The position numbers and the translations under genes were made by a program. 64,000 bases of DNA, taken from NCBI GenBank assembly GCA_963575745.1, contig CAUYUJ010000002.1, forward strand, positions 1,178,001-1,242,000, read 5' to 3'. Below, in pieces: positions 45,597 to 56,916 of the stretch (its first letter is position 1; every line of letters begins with the position of its first letter). The notes beneath the pieces were generated by a model. That model did not search any database. It was not told where the DNA came from and saw only the letters and a list, made by a program, of their open reading frames with translations. Origin of the DNA: Prorocentrum cordatum (Eukaryota).

Positions 45597-48500
45597 ATGG
45601 GAACTATCAATATCGCATCTTGGGCACAGCATGGCAAGGACCTTCTGGCTACCGCCGAGGAGCTGGAGCTGGAGTTGCTGGTACTGCAGGAGCATGGGTG
45701 CCGGCACGCAGACATACCCAGGGCAGGCAAGCTCGCTGCTGACCACGGGTACGTATGGACGAGTGGAACCTCTTGTGACGACCATGTGGTGGGTACCGGG
45801 AGGAGTGGTAGAACACGGGACGAATGTGGTGGCCTCAATGTGCTGACGACGGGCCGTGTCCGGGTCACCCGGATCGCGTCTGAGCGCCGGACGGGCACTG
45901 GGGGGGCTGTCGCTGGGGGTGAGGGTGCCATCTTTCACCTCCACACAGCTCACCGTGCAGCACTGCTGGCTGTGGTACACTTGCGGGCGGCCGACGACGA
46001 CGACGCACGGAATGGTATGCTACAGTGGGTGGCAGAACAGCACGCTACGTTAGGAGGGGGGATCCCACTGCTGATCGCAGGCGACTACAACACTACGCCG
46101 GAAGATCCCATCATTACCGAGGCTGCACGGTTACTGGGGCTCCGGGTCCAGAGCCCAGGAGAGTCCACGAGGTGGGATTCGAGCTGGGAGATCGACTTTT
46201 TCATGGTCACGAAAACTATGACAACAACCAGGGCTGTGGCGAATACGCATACACTATCTGACCATAAGTTGGTGACAGTGGATGTGCAGTTCGACGCACC
46301 ACAACCTACTGCTGGATGCTCGTGGCGGCGTGCGGCACGGTACGGTACGCTGAAGACGAGTCAAGACGCAGCACGAGCGGACGCACAAGGCACCGCGAAC
46401 ACGACCACGACGCAAAACACGAGCAGACCAACAACTCAGCACGACCCACAACAACATCCAACACGCGATCATGGCGCATATGCAGCACCACGCAGCACGC
46501 CCACGACGCAGCACGAGCAGACCCACAACGCAGCACCACCGACCCATGGGGACATCGTGGAGGGCCTGGTTGCCCAGTGGAGGGCATTACCAGCTTACGA
46601 CATCCATGACGGCACCGTGGACGAGTGGTGGACGGACTGGAGTGCACGAGCAGAGGCAGTACTACAATCCCAACCCGCGGTGGTCCTGACCAAGGGCGCT
46701 GTCCCTAAATCTGACTTCTCGTTTGCCCACTGGGAGCGACGGGAGAAAGGCGACGACGTGTGGACCCGGCATACGCGACAACTGCGGCAACTCATCCAAC
46801 GGTTCTGGTCCCCGCCGGCACGGCGAGGGCGGAAAGCAGCCGGGAAGATAGCACAGTGGGAACGGCAAAATCGGAAGTTGTGGCAACAGAACATGGACGG
46901 CGCCAAGCCGGACGACGACCAAGAGGCCATCGAACAAACTACCAAAGCGCTCGGCAAGGCCATCCAAGGGTGCAAGAATGAGCGTGTCAAATGCTGGCGG
47001 AAGAGGCTCCAGGCAGATGGTCTTGGAAAGACCACAGCAGCTTGGATCCGGAACGCAGTGAGCACCTACCACAACGTAGCGGTGCAGGACGACACCAAGA
47101 GCGACCATGACAGCGGGAACTTGCAACTACACGACGACTCCACGCCCACCAACTATTTTTCACAAGACGCGGTGGAAAGAATACGGGACCACTACGAGCA
47201 GCACTTCACGGAATGCGGCCGTGGCAACGATGTGGACGGGTATTTCTACCACTACGACGACTACATTGAGGAGGCACGCCAAGATGTTCAACGAGCGCAG
47301 GAGCAACACGACCATAGAGCACGACACGCCATGGCAGCCCTTGGCTGCTGGGACCACTGGGCGCCACCGGCGGCAGCACAATTCCGCCACATGCTACACG
47401 GAGGCACAGCAGCAGGGCCAGACCAATGGGCGCCCTCGGAGCTCATGCTCCTCCCGGAGGAGGCACTGGAAGAGCTGGTTGACCTTTGCACATACTCTGA
47501 GTACCACGGATGGCCGTCGCAACTCCTGCAGTGGCGGCAGGTCCACCTACCAAAAGACCCAGACACAGCACTCCCGAGCCTGACCCGACTACGCCCTATC
47601 GCAATCGCGAGCGCCGTGGTCCGCGCCTGGCACAGATGGAGGGCAGACCAACTAGCCACCTACCTCAGCCCAGCTTTCCTGCCCACGCAGGGGGGCGGTC
47701 TCAAAGGGCGGACCCTCGAATCCCTCATCGAGCCATGCCTCTCGCTCATTGAGGAGACAATCGCGGCGAACAGGTACGACGACGAGGACGGCTCGCTGAC
47801 CGAGGAGGAGCAGCGGCTGGTTCGGGAACGACAAACGGAGCTGCACGTCAAGTCGTGGGATTATGCCTCCGCGTTCGACAGGGCTTCCCCCCGGGTCGTC
47901 TGCGAGGTTTGGTCGCGACTCGGAGTACCGTCCAGAATCACCAACAGTATCGAAGCGATCTGGACAAGGCAAGAGAGGTGGGTTGAGGTCGGCCCGCTCT
48001 TAACACCACGGACAATTCTGGTTGAAGACAGTCTGCCACAATGGGATCCAGCAGCCATGCTCGGGATGGCCACCCTGCTCATGGGGCCACTACGACAGCA
48101 AGCTGCTCTGCACCCACGAGCAACCTTTTGCACCTTCGCGGACGACCGCACGGCGGCCACGACAGAGGCAGAAGAACTACGGAGCATCGAGGAGGAGTGG
48201 GAGCTGCTGGAGTCGGTCACCGCGCTGCGCACCAACGACAGCAAAACGCAGTCCTTCACGATACTACCGCACCAGTGCGACAATTACCACCTGCAGAGCA
48301 AGAAGATGAAATGCCTCGGAATCGACTTCACGATGCAACGCACGACGCTCACGACCAGAGAGCGAGGCAAGCTTGAAGAGGCACTTGCCCGCATGAAACG
48401 GATTGCGTGCCTGCCCCTGAGCATGCGGCTGCGCACGACCGCGGTGAGCACCATCGCGCTGCCGGTGTCGAGCTGGGCACTAGTGGTGACGCCACCGACA

Positions 48501-49346
48501 AAAGGAGCTATTCAGGACCATCTACGACAAGCACGAAAGGCTGTGACCCTGCGGAAATGGCCCCGGGCAGCTCCCGAACTACTTCGTCTGGTAGTAATGG
48601 GGCATAGCACCGACCTACGGTACCACCTGTGCCGGCGAGCGCTACAACTTCTGAGCAGCAGACTACGACGACAGGGGCCTGGAGCACTTGCGCTTTGGGA
48701 CAAGATCACGATCAAGACCGACACGCGGGGGCCACTCCACGCCTACCGAGCACACTTGGCATCGCTTGGAGCAGAGCGCAGCGACGACGGCTTCTGGAGA
48801 GGCCCGGCGGGAGAACTCCGACTTACCGACAGAACAGACCGACAGCTCCACGAACTACGACTCATACTCCGATCCCACGAATGGGCAATCCTACAGGGCC
48901 GGAACCGGCGGGAGAGCCCCATGGCGGCCGGAGTGCCCTTCCCAGCTGCTGCCGTGCGCGCGGCACAGGAAGCACGGAAAGCTAACCCAATCCTCGCCTC
49001 ACACATCGCCGCCGTCCTCTGCGGCTGCGTGGTGTCGGACGCCCTGCTGCAGTCCAACCAAGGCGAGGAGGTCTCGACCACCTGCGACCACTGTGGTGAG
49101 CAGCGCGTCCCGACGCTCGACCACATGTACTGGGTGTGCACAGCCAACGCCGACCTCCGGCAAGGTATCGCCGTACCAACGGCTGACCTCACCCGCCGGC
49201 TGGGCTGGCCGACAGAGGACCTCACCAACAGGACCACGACTACTTGGACAAAAATGGTGTTGGCTATGGCAAGCATGAGGCAGCGTGCGCTGAACCACCG
49301 ACACAAGAAACCACAGGCACCCACTTCCTCCGACAATAAGTTATAA
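45597..49346 (+). CDS. LINE ORF2-type protein: APE endonuclease, reverse transcriptase, C-terminal CCHC finger
   Basis: APE: TINI, LQEH, IAGDYN, IDFFM, LSDH. RT: AAGPDQW, LPK, LRPIAIAS, QGGG, DYASAFD, LPQWDP, FADD (48135-48146), CLG. C-terminus CDHC...HMYWVC. The frame is open upstream of the ATG and overlaps the end of part 2. Confidence 0.97.
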   Translation: MGTINIASWAQHGKDLLATAEELELELLVLQEHGCRHADIPRAGKLAADHGYVWTSGTSCDDHVVGTGRSGRTRDECGGLNVLTTGRVRVTRIASERRTGTGGAVAGGEGAIFHLHTAHRAALLAVVHLRAADDDDARNGMLQWVAEQHATLGGGIPLLIAGDYNTTPEDPIITEAARLLGLRVQSPGESTRWDSSWEIDFFMVTKTMTTTRAVANTHTLSDHKLVTVDVQFDAPQPTAGCSWRRAARYGTLKTSQDAARADAQGTANTTTTQNTSRPTTQHDPQQHPTRDHGAYAAPRSTPTTQHEQTHNAAPPTHGDIVEGLVAQWRALPAYDIHDGTVDEWWTDWSARAEAVLQSQPAVVLTKGAVPKSDFSFAHWERREKGDDVWTRHTRQLRQLIQRFWSPPARRGRKAAGKIAQWERQNRKLWQQNMDGAKPDDDQEAIEQTTKALGKAIQGCKNERVKCWRKRLQADGLGKTTAAWIRNAVSTYHNVAVQDDTKSDHDSGNLQLHDDSTPTNYFSQDAVERIRDHYEQHFTECGRGNDVDGYFYHYDDYIEEARQDVQRAQEQHDHRARHAMAALGCWDHWAPPAAAQFRHMLHGGTAAGPDQWAPSELMLLPEEALEELVDLCTYSEYHGWPSQLLQWRQVHLPKDPDTALPSLTRLRPIAIASAVVRAWHRWRADQLATYLSPAFLPTQGGGLKGRTLESLIEPCLSLIEETIAANRYDDEDGSLTEEEQRLVRERQTELHVKSWDYASAFDRASPRVVCEVWSRLGVPSRITNSIEAIWTRQERWVEVGPLLTPRTILVEDSLPQWDPAAMLGMATLLMGPLRQQAALHPRATFCTFADDRTAATTEAEELRSIEEEWELLESVTALRTNDSKTQSFTILPHQCDNYHLQSKKMKCLGIDFTMQRTTLTTRERGKLEEALARMKRIACLPLSMRLRTTAVSTIALPVSSWALVVTPPTKGAIQDHLRQARKAVTLRKWPRAAPELLRLVVMGHSTDLRYHLCRRALQLLSSRLRRQGPGALALWDKITIKTDTRGPLHAYRAHLASLGAERSDDGFWRGPAGELRLTDRTDRQLHELRLILRSHEWAILQGRNRRESPMAAGVPFPAAAVRAAQEARKANPILASHIAAVLCGCVVSDALLQSNQGEEVSTTCDHCGEQRVPTLDHMYWVCTANADLRQGIAVPTADLTRRLGWPTEDLTNRTTTTWTKMVLAMASMRQRALNHRHKKPQAPTSSDNKL

Positions 49347-50187
49347 CCGTATTCAATGGTTATTATCTGGATCGCACGTGTCAACACTTGGATTATGTTG
49401 TACTTCAGTTCTTCTTTGGGCTGGTGTCTTCTATTCTCCAGGTACACAGTCTACATATATGTGGGATTACATTACATATTTACGTAATTGCATGTGTTGC
49501 GCACCATAAGTGGGGACCGCCACACAACGGTCGCCGCAGCTCTGCGAGCTGCGTGGTGTTCTCATACGCCTACGGATTGGGGACACGGATTGGTTCTTCC
49601 CCGACGTATTTAAGAAAGACGGCCCCAGCCAGAACTGTTCGAAGAGTATGGCGTGCAAAACCACAAACAGTTCTTAGATCATCTGCTTGGTGGGCCTGTA
49701 GGCGAGCCAGGACGCCCTTCACTCTGCTCGACGGCAGGGCGGAAAAGCGAGCGATGAAGCCCGCGAGGAGGGACCAGGGAGAGGAGAGCGGGGCATCAGC
49801 AGACGAGATCCCCCTGGCCAGCTGACGTCGCCCGACTGAAGGGGCCCTGGGACACACACACACACAAATAAATAGACACAAGTAACAAGATCCCCCATAT
49901 GTTCCTATACTTTCTGGGTTTTTGTCTTCCCCCCCACTTCCAATATCTTCCTGTATTCTCCTGGGGATCGACGACTAATTGTGTCTGTGTGTTTTTCCCC
50001 TCCTGACCGACTCACTCCCGCTCACCCCTCCCCCGCTGCCTCCCCACCCCCCTTGCCGGCTGGGCGCGCGCGCGCACCCAGGCAGCAGGCCGGGCTGTGC
50101 GGCGCGGTATATGGTGATTGTGATCTCCTGGCGCCGCCGCTGGAGGCCGGCCAGCCGTTGGGCTCCGCCCTGTTTCCTCCAATCTTA

Positions 50188-50340
50188 GGGCAGGCATGTC
50201 CCTCTACAGGCGGATTTTGACGAAAATCAAAAATACTCAAAAACAAATTCAACGAGTAACAAAACATGCTCAACATATCGTCCCCAGTGTATTTGTTTTA
50301 TAAGTTTGAATGTTCCTCCTGTAGGGGGACAGGCCCGACT
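50188..50340. mobile_element. MITE family A copy
   Basis: GGCATGTCCCTCTACAGG ... CCTGTAGGGGGACAGGCCCGACT. Confidence 0.8.
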
Positions 50341-50554
50341 GAATCCGAATCTCACTCTCGCAGAAGGAGCCTGGAGATCTTAGGCCGGAAGCATTAGGCC
50401 AGTTGTGTCACTCAAATGGGATGCCGCTCGAGGGGGTCGGACTTGCTTTGAGGAGCAGACAACATGAGCAGAAACTTCGCAGGTTCGCGCGAAAGTCTTG
50501 GGTCGGCGCTGGACCCCCCCCTCCTCCGCGCGCCAAGGGCAGCGCCGAACTCGC

Positions 50555-53500
50555 CGCCAGGAAGGCCAAGCGCCCGAACAAGAGATCCGTGCGGACCTCC
50601 GAACGTCGATCTGTGTGCATATGTTTGCTTTTCGATGGGTGGGGGTCGGAGAATGACATCAACATCCACATCCAAATCCGCATCCCTCCTCTACCTCCTC
50701 CTCCTCCTCCTCCTCCTCCTCCTCCTCCTCCTCCTTATCGTCATCGCCATCATCATCGCCATCGTCATTGACGACTGTCCTCAACACAACCTCCATCTAC
50801 ACCATCACCATAATCATCGTTACAGTCAACAGCACACTCCCGATCACCGACGTATCTTGGCCATGACAATCACCACCGTCATCGTCCATTGATTCCTATG
50901 TCTTCGGACTACTCGCTCTTCTCCCCCCCTCCCGCAGGGCAGGCTCTCCTCCCGCAGCATCTCGTCCGCCCTCAGGTTGTGGCAGGCCGAGCACAGGTGG
51001 TGGTTGCACGCCTGGGCATACTCCAAAGCCTTGCTGTAAGTTCTAAGTCGGGCATGTTCTCCTGCAGGCGGATTCTAGACGAAAAAAGATACTGAAACGG
51101 TAATCCAACAACAGTCAAAACTAGTACCCAAAAAATCGTCCCCCGACTATGTTCTACTATTTACGAATACTCCCCCTGTAGAGGGACGTGCCCGACTTAA
51201 ATTCTGTCTTTCTCCTCCTCCTCCTCCTCCTCCTACTCCTCCTCCCCCGTGTCCCCTGCTCCCTCCTGCCCCTTCCTCGCCCCTTGCCCCCCCTCCTCCT
51301 CCTCCCCCCTCGCACCTCTTCACTCCTCCCTCCTCCTCCCTCCTCCCTCATCCTCGCTCCCCCCCTCCGCCTCCGCCTCCGCCTCTTCCTACTCTTCGTC
51401 AACATCAGCCTCCCCTTTTCCTCCTCGTCGTCCCCCGCCAGCGTCCTCTGTCCTCCTCCTCCACCCTCCTTTGTCCTCCTCTTCCTCTTCCTCCTCCTCC
51501 ACCTTCGTCGTCGTCGTCCTCCTCCTCCATCCTCAACATTCAAAGAATAGGAACGCGTTTCTCCTCTTTCCCCTGAAGTTGTCCAGAACTTGACTCCTCC
51601 TCAACCCTCCTTCGTCCTCCTCATCCCTCCTCCTCTATCCTCAACATCCGAACAATATGAATGCTTGTCTCCTCCTTCCCTTGCAGTTGTGCCGAAGATG
51701 ACGGGCACTCTCCGCGTCCTGTTTCTGTTTTCGGTAACACACACACACACGAGATGTCAAACGTTGTCTTATGGACTGTGCTAACCGTGTGAACGCCTTC
51801 CCCGGTGCAGCGCGGGCCTCATTTTTGGATCGGCGCTTCGCCCCCGCCGTGCAGAACGGCGCACCCGCCCCAGCGCGGGCCACCCTTCTGGATCCGAGCT
51901 GCCCCCCCGCTGTCCCTCCCCCCGCCTTCCCCTGCTCCTCCTGCTCCTCCCGCCCCCTCCACTCCAATTCCTGCTGCTACTCCTGGTTGTCCTCGTCGCC
52001 CCCCCCTTCCGCTCATCACCCAGCTCCCCCGCCACCCCCCCCCTCCTGTGCACGCACATCCTCTTTCTCTGCCGATTGAATATGACATGAAATGTTTGTT
52101 TGGCTGGAGTTGTAGGTCGGCTGTGACGCGCGACCGCGGAACTATACAACATCAGCGCAATGGGAAGGGATGGGAAGGAGGGATCGGATGTCAGATGAGG
52201 CGCGAGCGCACCTGGCCTATTCCATAAACCTCTCTTCCTCCCTCATCATCCCTCCTCCTGTCTCCTCCTGTCTTCACCTCTCTCTTCCCGTACACCTCCG
52301 TCCTCCTCCGCCTCCCTCCTGCCCTCCCCTCCTCCTCGGCTCATCACCTCCTCCCTCATCCCTGGTGCCTCCTCCCCCCACCTTTAACCATTTCGCGTCC
52401 GAGCGGTCCCCCCTTCACGGGGTGCGCACGTTTCGCGGGCAAGCTTCGCGAAAGCCGACATCAACGCATGGCGCCCCGCGTGTCATAGGCGCGCGCGCAC
52501 CCGCCAGGAGACGTTCCCCCGATTGTTTTCGCGTGCGCAGTGGCACCAGCTGCGGCGCTGCTGCCAGAGTGTGAGAACGTACGAGGGAGCTGGAGCAACA
52601 CACCGTGATCTACAAGGTCGAGAATGGTGCATGCGAAAAAGAAGAGAGCAGGGGCCAACCACAAATCATCAGGTACAGTGGTGGGAGCGATTCGTGCGTG
52701 GAAGTAGGCGAGCAAAGAGCAAGCCAAGACCAGCTGTTTCATCGGAGACAAGGCTGGGAACCGTTCCTGCGGAAAGGGCAGGCAGTGGCAGCAGGGACTG
52801 ACGATGCGAGAGCGCGAAAAGGCAGTGACAGCAGCGGTTGTTGTTGCCCGATGGCCACGCAGAAGAAAAATCTTCAGCTAACTCAGGCGAAAAGGCAGGC
52901 AGTGGCAGCAGGGTCTGTCGATGCGTCAAGGAAAGCAATGGCAGCAGCGGTTGCCGGTGCCCGATGGCCACGTCGGAGCAATACCCACAGCTGCATTGCA
53001 ACGGGGCCAGCTCGTGCGAAAAGGCAGGCAGTAGCAGAACGGTCTGCCAGTGCGAATCAGCAGGCAGTGGCAGCAGCGGTTGTCGATCCCAAACGGCGAG
53101 GCAACAGCACTTCTTCCGCTACACTGCAGCGGGGGTCAACTCGCGCGAGAAGGCAGGGACTGTCAATGCGAGAAAGCAGGCAGTGGCAGCAGCGGCTGTC
53201 GGCGCCCGCCAGAGCCGCAAGAACACCCTATCAGCTACAATGCTGCCAGGGTCAGCTCGTGCTGGGAACAGCTCGTGCGCGCAGACAGGCAGTGGCACCA
53301 GGAACTGGTAGTGCGAGAAGAGCAAGCGAGCAAGCAGTGGCATCGGGACTCGCATTGCAGAAGGAACTAAACGCCCTCAGCTACACAGGCAGGGTCAGCT
53401 CATGCGGCATGGCAAGTTTCCCCGCGGACCGCAATAGGCGGCGGCGTGCGCCCGCGCGCTCAGCAGATCGCCGTGGCTAGACAGGTGGACCGAAACCTGG

Positions 53501-55525
53501 GGGTGCCGATCCCCCCTCGTCGCTCCTCGTCACCACGTCTGGGCCCTCGTCGCCACGCGTGAGAAAGTGCATGGGGAAAGGATCGCTGGACTGCGCGTCG
53601 CCAGCTACAACTCCGAACATTCGACCTGGTCGCTCAGGGCAGACCTGGGAATAGGAGCGTTTTTTTCGCCGCTGTTATTCGTGACTCGTGCTTCGAATCT
53701 CTGGAGGTTTGGCCTGTTGGATCCTGTTGAATCCTTCCTGCTCCTCCTCCTCCTCCTTCTCCTCCTCCTCCTCCTCCCTGCCTCCTCCGCCTCGTCGTCC
53801 TCCTCTTCCTCTTCCCTTTTCTCCTCGTCCTCCTCCTCCTCCTCGTCCTCGTCCTCGTTTCCCTCCCTCCTCCTCACTCCTCCTCCATCTTCCTCCCCCT
53901 CCTCCTCCTCCTCCTCCTCCTCACCTTTGCGCCCGATCCTCCCTCCACTTCCTTCTTCCTCCTCCTCCCTCCTGTTCCCCACTTCTTCCTAGGGAGGTAA
54001 GGAGGACGGAGAAGGGAGAAGAGGTAAGCCGGGACCCTCCGTCCTCCCCCCTTTCCCTGCCTCCCCCCAGCAGGGGCGAGAGGGGATGAGCGAGGAACGA
54101 GGAGCAAAGAGCGAGGAGGAGAAGGAGGAGGAGAGGAGGAGGAGGAGGAGGACGACGACGACGACGGCGAGGCCACGATCCACCCGTGCGCGCGCGCGAG
54201 CAGGCAGGCGCCTTGCAGCTGTGCCTCTGCTGGCCTGCGCGCGAAGGCAGCTCCGCTGCCACTGGCCGCCGTCGCCGTCGCCGCAGCCGCCCGCCGCTGG
54301 CGGCCGCCGCCGTCGCCGTCAACGCGAGCGCCGGCATCGGCGGGGGAAGAAAGCGGCTGCGCGCAGAGCTGAATAGCGCTGGGCGTGACATGATTCACGC
54401 ACTCGCCCTTCCCCGCCTAGGTCTCGAAGCAAGTCGGACCCGCCGCGTCGCACCGCCAGGGAAAACAGCGCCGCCGTGAGCGACGTCGTGACCGTCGTCG
54501 TCGTGAGCGTCGTCGTCGGCGGCAGCGGAAACGGAGGAGAATGAGGAAAACGGGGCGAGATGAGGGACGGGGGAAGAGGAGGAAGATGAGGAGGAAGAGG
54601 ACGAAATGGAGGAGATGGAGGAGGAGGAGGAGTAAGAGGAGGAGAGGGAGGAGGGGGAGGAGGAGGAGGAGGAGGAGGAGGAGGAGGAGGAGGAGGAAAA
54701 GGAGGAGAGGGAGGAGGGGGGAGGAGGGGAGGAAGAGAGGAGGAGGAGGAGGAGGAAAAGGGAGAGGAGGAGGAGGGGAGGAGGAGGAGGAGAGGAGAGG
54801 AGGAGGAGGAGAGCGAGGAGGGGAGGAGGGGGAGGATGAGGAGGAGGCGGAGGAAGAGGAGGAGGAAGAGAAAGAGGAGGATGAAAAGGGGGAGGAGGAG
54901 GAGACGGAGGAGGAGGAGGGATCTGTTTGCTTATTCGCCTAAGTCGGCAATTGCTTTTCTCTTGCACTAACGAGGGCGAGGAGGAGGAGGCCGCGTGGCG
55001 CCGAGAGCCCGTCCAGGGGCAGATGATGAGTTACGCCGGGGCGCGGCGGCCGAATGTCCCTGGGCGCCAGGAGGTCCATCTCCGCCGCGGCGAACAGGAT
55101 CATCCTGTCAAGTGCCGCCCTCCAAGCGGGCACCAAGCGTGACGCCGCCCGCTGGTCCCAGAGGCGCGCGCCCGTCCGCGCGGCCAGGCTGTCGTGCCCT
55201 CTTGCGTGCCCTTGCCAGGCCGTGCGTCTCGAACGCGACGGTGAGCACGTCGGCGCCGCATCGGGCCCGCTTTGGGAGGCCTGGAGATTGGCACCAACAC
55301 CAGCACAGGGGGTTGCCTCCACATGGGGAAGATGATCCTAGATCTCGGCGCTGGTGGTAATATTTCGGCCACCTTGGAAGCCAGCATATTACCACCATCA
55401 CCGAGATCGGGATCGGCTTCCCTCGGTGGAGGCATACCGCCGGTCTTGGTGTTGGTGTCAACCTCTAGGCCTGCTGGTCCGTGGCCGCCGCATGAGCGGC
55501 GTCCCAACGACATGCGGACGCGGTC
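50555..55525 (-). CDS. Candidate second multi-exon host gene, unknown product (exons ~55471-55525, 55211-55280, 55051-55104, 53626-53644, 50949-51029, 50555-50596)
   Basis: AG|G acceptors and phase-compatible GC/GT/GA donors give MSLGRRSCGGHGPAGLPKRARCGADVLTVAFETHGLARMILFAAAEMDLLAPRDIRSALSDQALEYAQACNHHLCSACHNLRADEMLREVRTDLLFGRLAFLA. One junction (55211) needs a non-canonical GG donor. No recognisable family. Confidence 0.4.
51046..51197. mobile_element. MITE family A copy with TA flanks
   Basis: TA-AGTCGGGCATGTTCTCCTGCAGG ... CCTGTAGAGGGACGTGCCCGACT-TA. Confidence 0.85.
52770..53405 (+). pseudogene. Second degenerate PPR-derived repeat array
   Basis: Recurring GCGA(A/G)AAGGCAGGCAGTGGCAGCAG and CAGCTAC..GGGTCAGCTCGTGC units corresponding to frame-shifted ISYNA.VSSCEKAG.WQQ. 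Confidence 0.6.
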
Positions 55526-56734
55526 CTACAGCGCGACGCGCGCGGGCAGAGCATAGAGACATCCGCGCACACTGGCCCGGCGGACCCAGGAAACGTGGTG
55601 CTGCTGGTCCTGCTGCTTCTCCTCTTCATATCATCGCCTGGTCATCAACATACTACCATCGACACCAAGTCACCACCAGCATCATCGCGACTATCTCATG
55701 CAGATCCACATGGGGGTGTCGACGGGGGGGGGGCGAAAGTTGAGCGCGCCGTCCGGCGCGAGATGATCTTTATCTTCCTCGGAGGGTGCCCATTGCGCGC
55801 GAGTTTTTCACCGTCGCGGTGCCCATGTTGCAATTTGGTGATTGGGCGGGCTTCGTGACGGCCGGCTTCGTGCTCGGGCGAAGCGAACAGGTTTGGGGCG
55901 CGCGCGCATTAGCGTTCAGGAGCGGTCGTCTGGCATGGCCCTTGTCCTCGCGCGAAGTGATGCGCCATTAAGGTCGCGCTCTCGAATGATCCTTAGAATT
56001 GGCAGCGGATTGCATGGCTCATTTCCGAGGAGTCGCGCAGCGCGCCTAAATCTTGAAGGGTGCCACCTTCTTCAGCCACTACTGGAGGGCGCGGGGCCAC
56101 GTCGCGCCGGGGCCCCGGATTTCTTGATCCCAGGTCAAGGCCCATCGTACTCTAGACGACGCGTTCTCTGAGCAAGGCCGCGTCTGAATCCTCGTAGCTA
56201 GAATGGCACACGAGGTAATGAGACAACATCGCGGGGGCGCATGGTTTGACCCTGCTGCTCGTTTAGACACCGCCCCCGCTATCTTCATGTTTCTGGCGTT
56301 CGCGACTGGTGCGGGACGGGTGCATGCTAGCGGGCCCTTTCACGAGAGTACTTTGGCCCCCTGTCCGAGGCCCCTCGCACGCCCCTCCCCGCCCCGTTGC
56401 CCCCCCCAAGCCCCTACCTGGGCAGGCCAGGGTCATCGCTGCACCTCGCGTTCAAAGCGCATCGCCTCTTACTGCTGTCGTCGTTGCCCAGGGGGCGGGG
56501 GGAGGCAGGAGGAGCGAGGAGGAGGGGGGGGGAGGGGGGCGGGGGGGAGGAGGGAGGGGGGGGAAGGATGGGGGGCGAGGAGGAAGGAGTGGACAGCGGA
56601 GGATGGAAGAGGAGGAGGGAATAGAAGCGAGGATGGCGTCCGGGTGCCACTGCGCGGCCGCGGTCCCGTGAGGATCTCCGATGCGGTTTGCCATCGAACA
56701 CGCTCAGCTGCCTTCGCCAAGTCAGGCTACGCGG

Positions 56735-56916
56735 TCTCAATTGTCTTGAGCCAGACGGCACTAGTTGTCTCAATTTGTCTCAAAGTTTCTCACCAAACGA
56801 TCCTTTCTGTCTCAATTTCTCTCAATTTGGGTCGCCCCCGGGATATTATATCTCAATTTCTCTCAATTTCTCTCAATTCCTCTCAAAATCTCTCAAATAT
56901 TCTCAATTCCTCACAA
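56735..56916. repeat. Degenerate TCTCAATT(T) ~10-bp tandem repeat
   Basis: Direct reading. Confidence 0.85.

Larger units (their letters stand above)
40002..49616 (+). mobile_element. Near-intact ~9.5-kb non-LTR retrotransposon encoding OTU-like protease, C2H2 fingers, APE, RT and CCHC
   Basis: Three long collinear ORFs (1098, 649 and 1249 aa) with a consistent A/C-rich sense strand and no microsatellite decay. Ends are approximate; a 16-nt direct repeat lies at 40021-40036 and 49601-49616. Confidence 0.93.

Noticed and set aside
56745..56759. GCCGTCTGGCTCAAG (minus strand), SL-like
   Set aside because: Short match embedded in a TCTCAA-type tandem repeat; likely chance.
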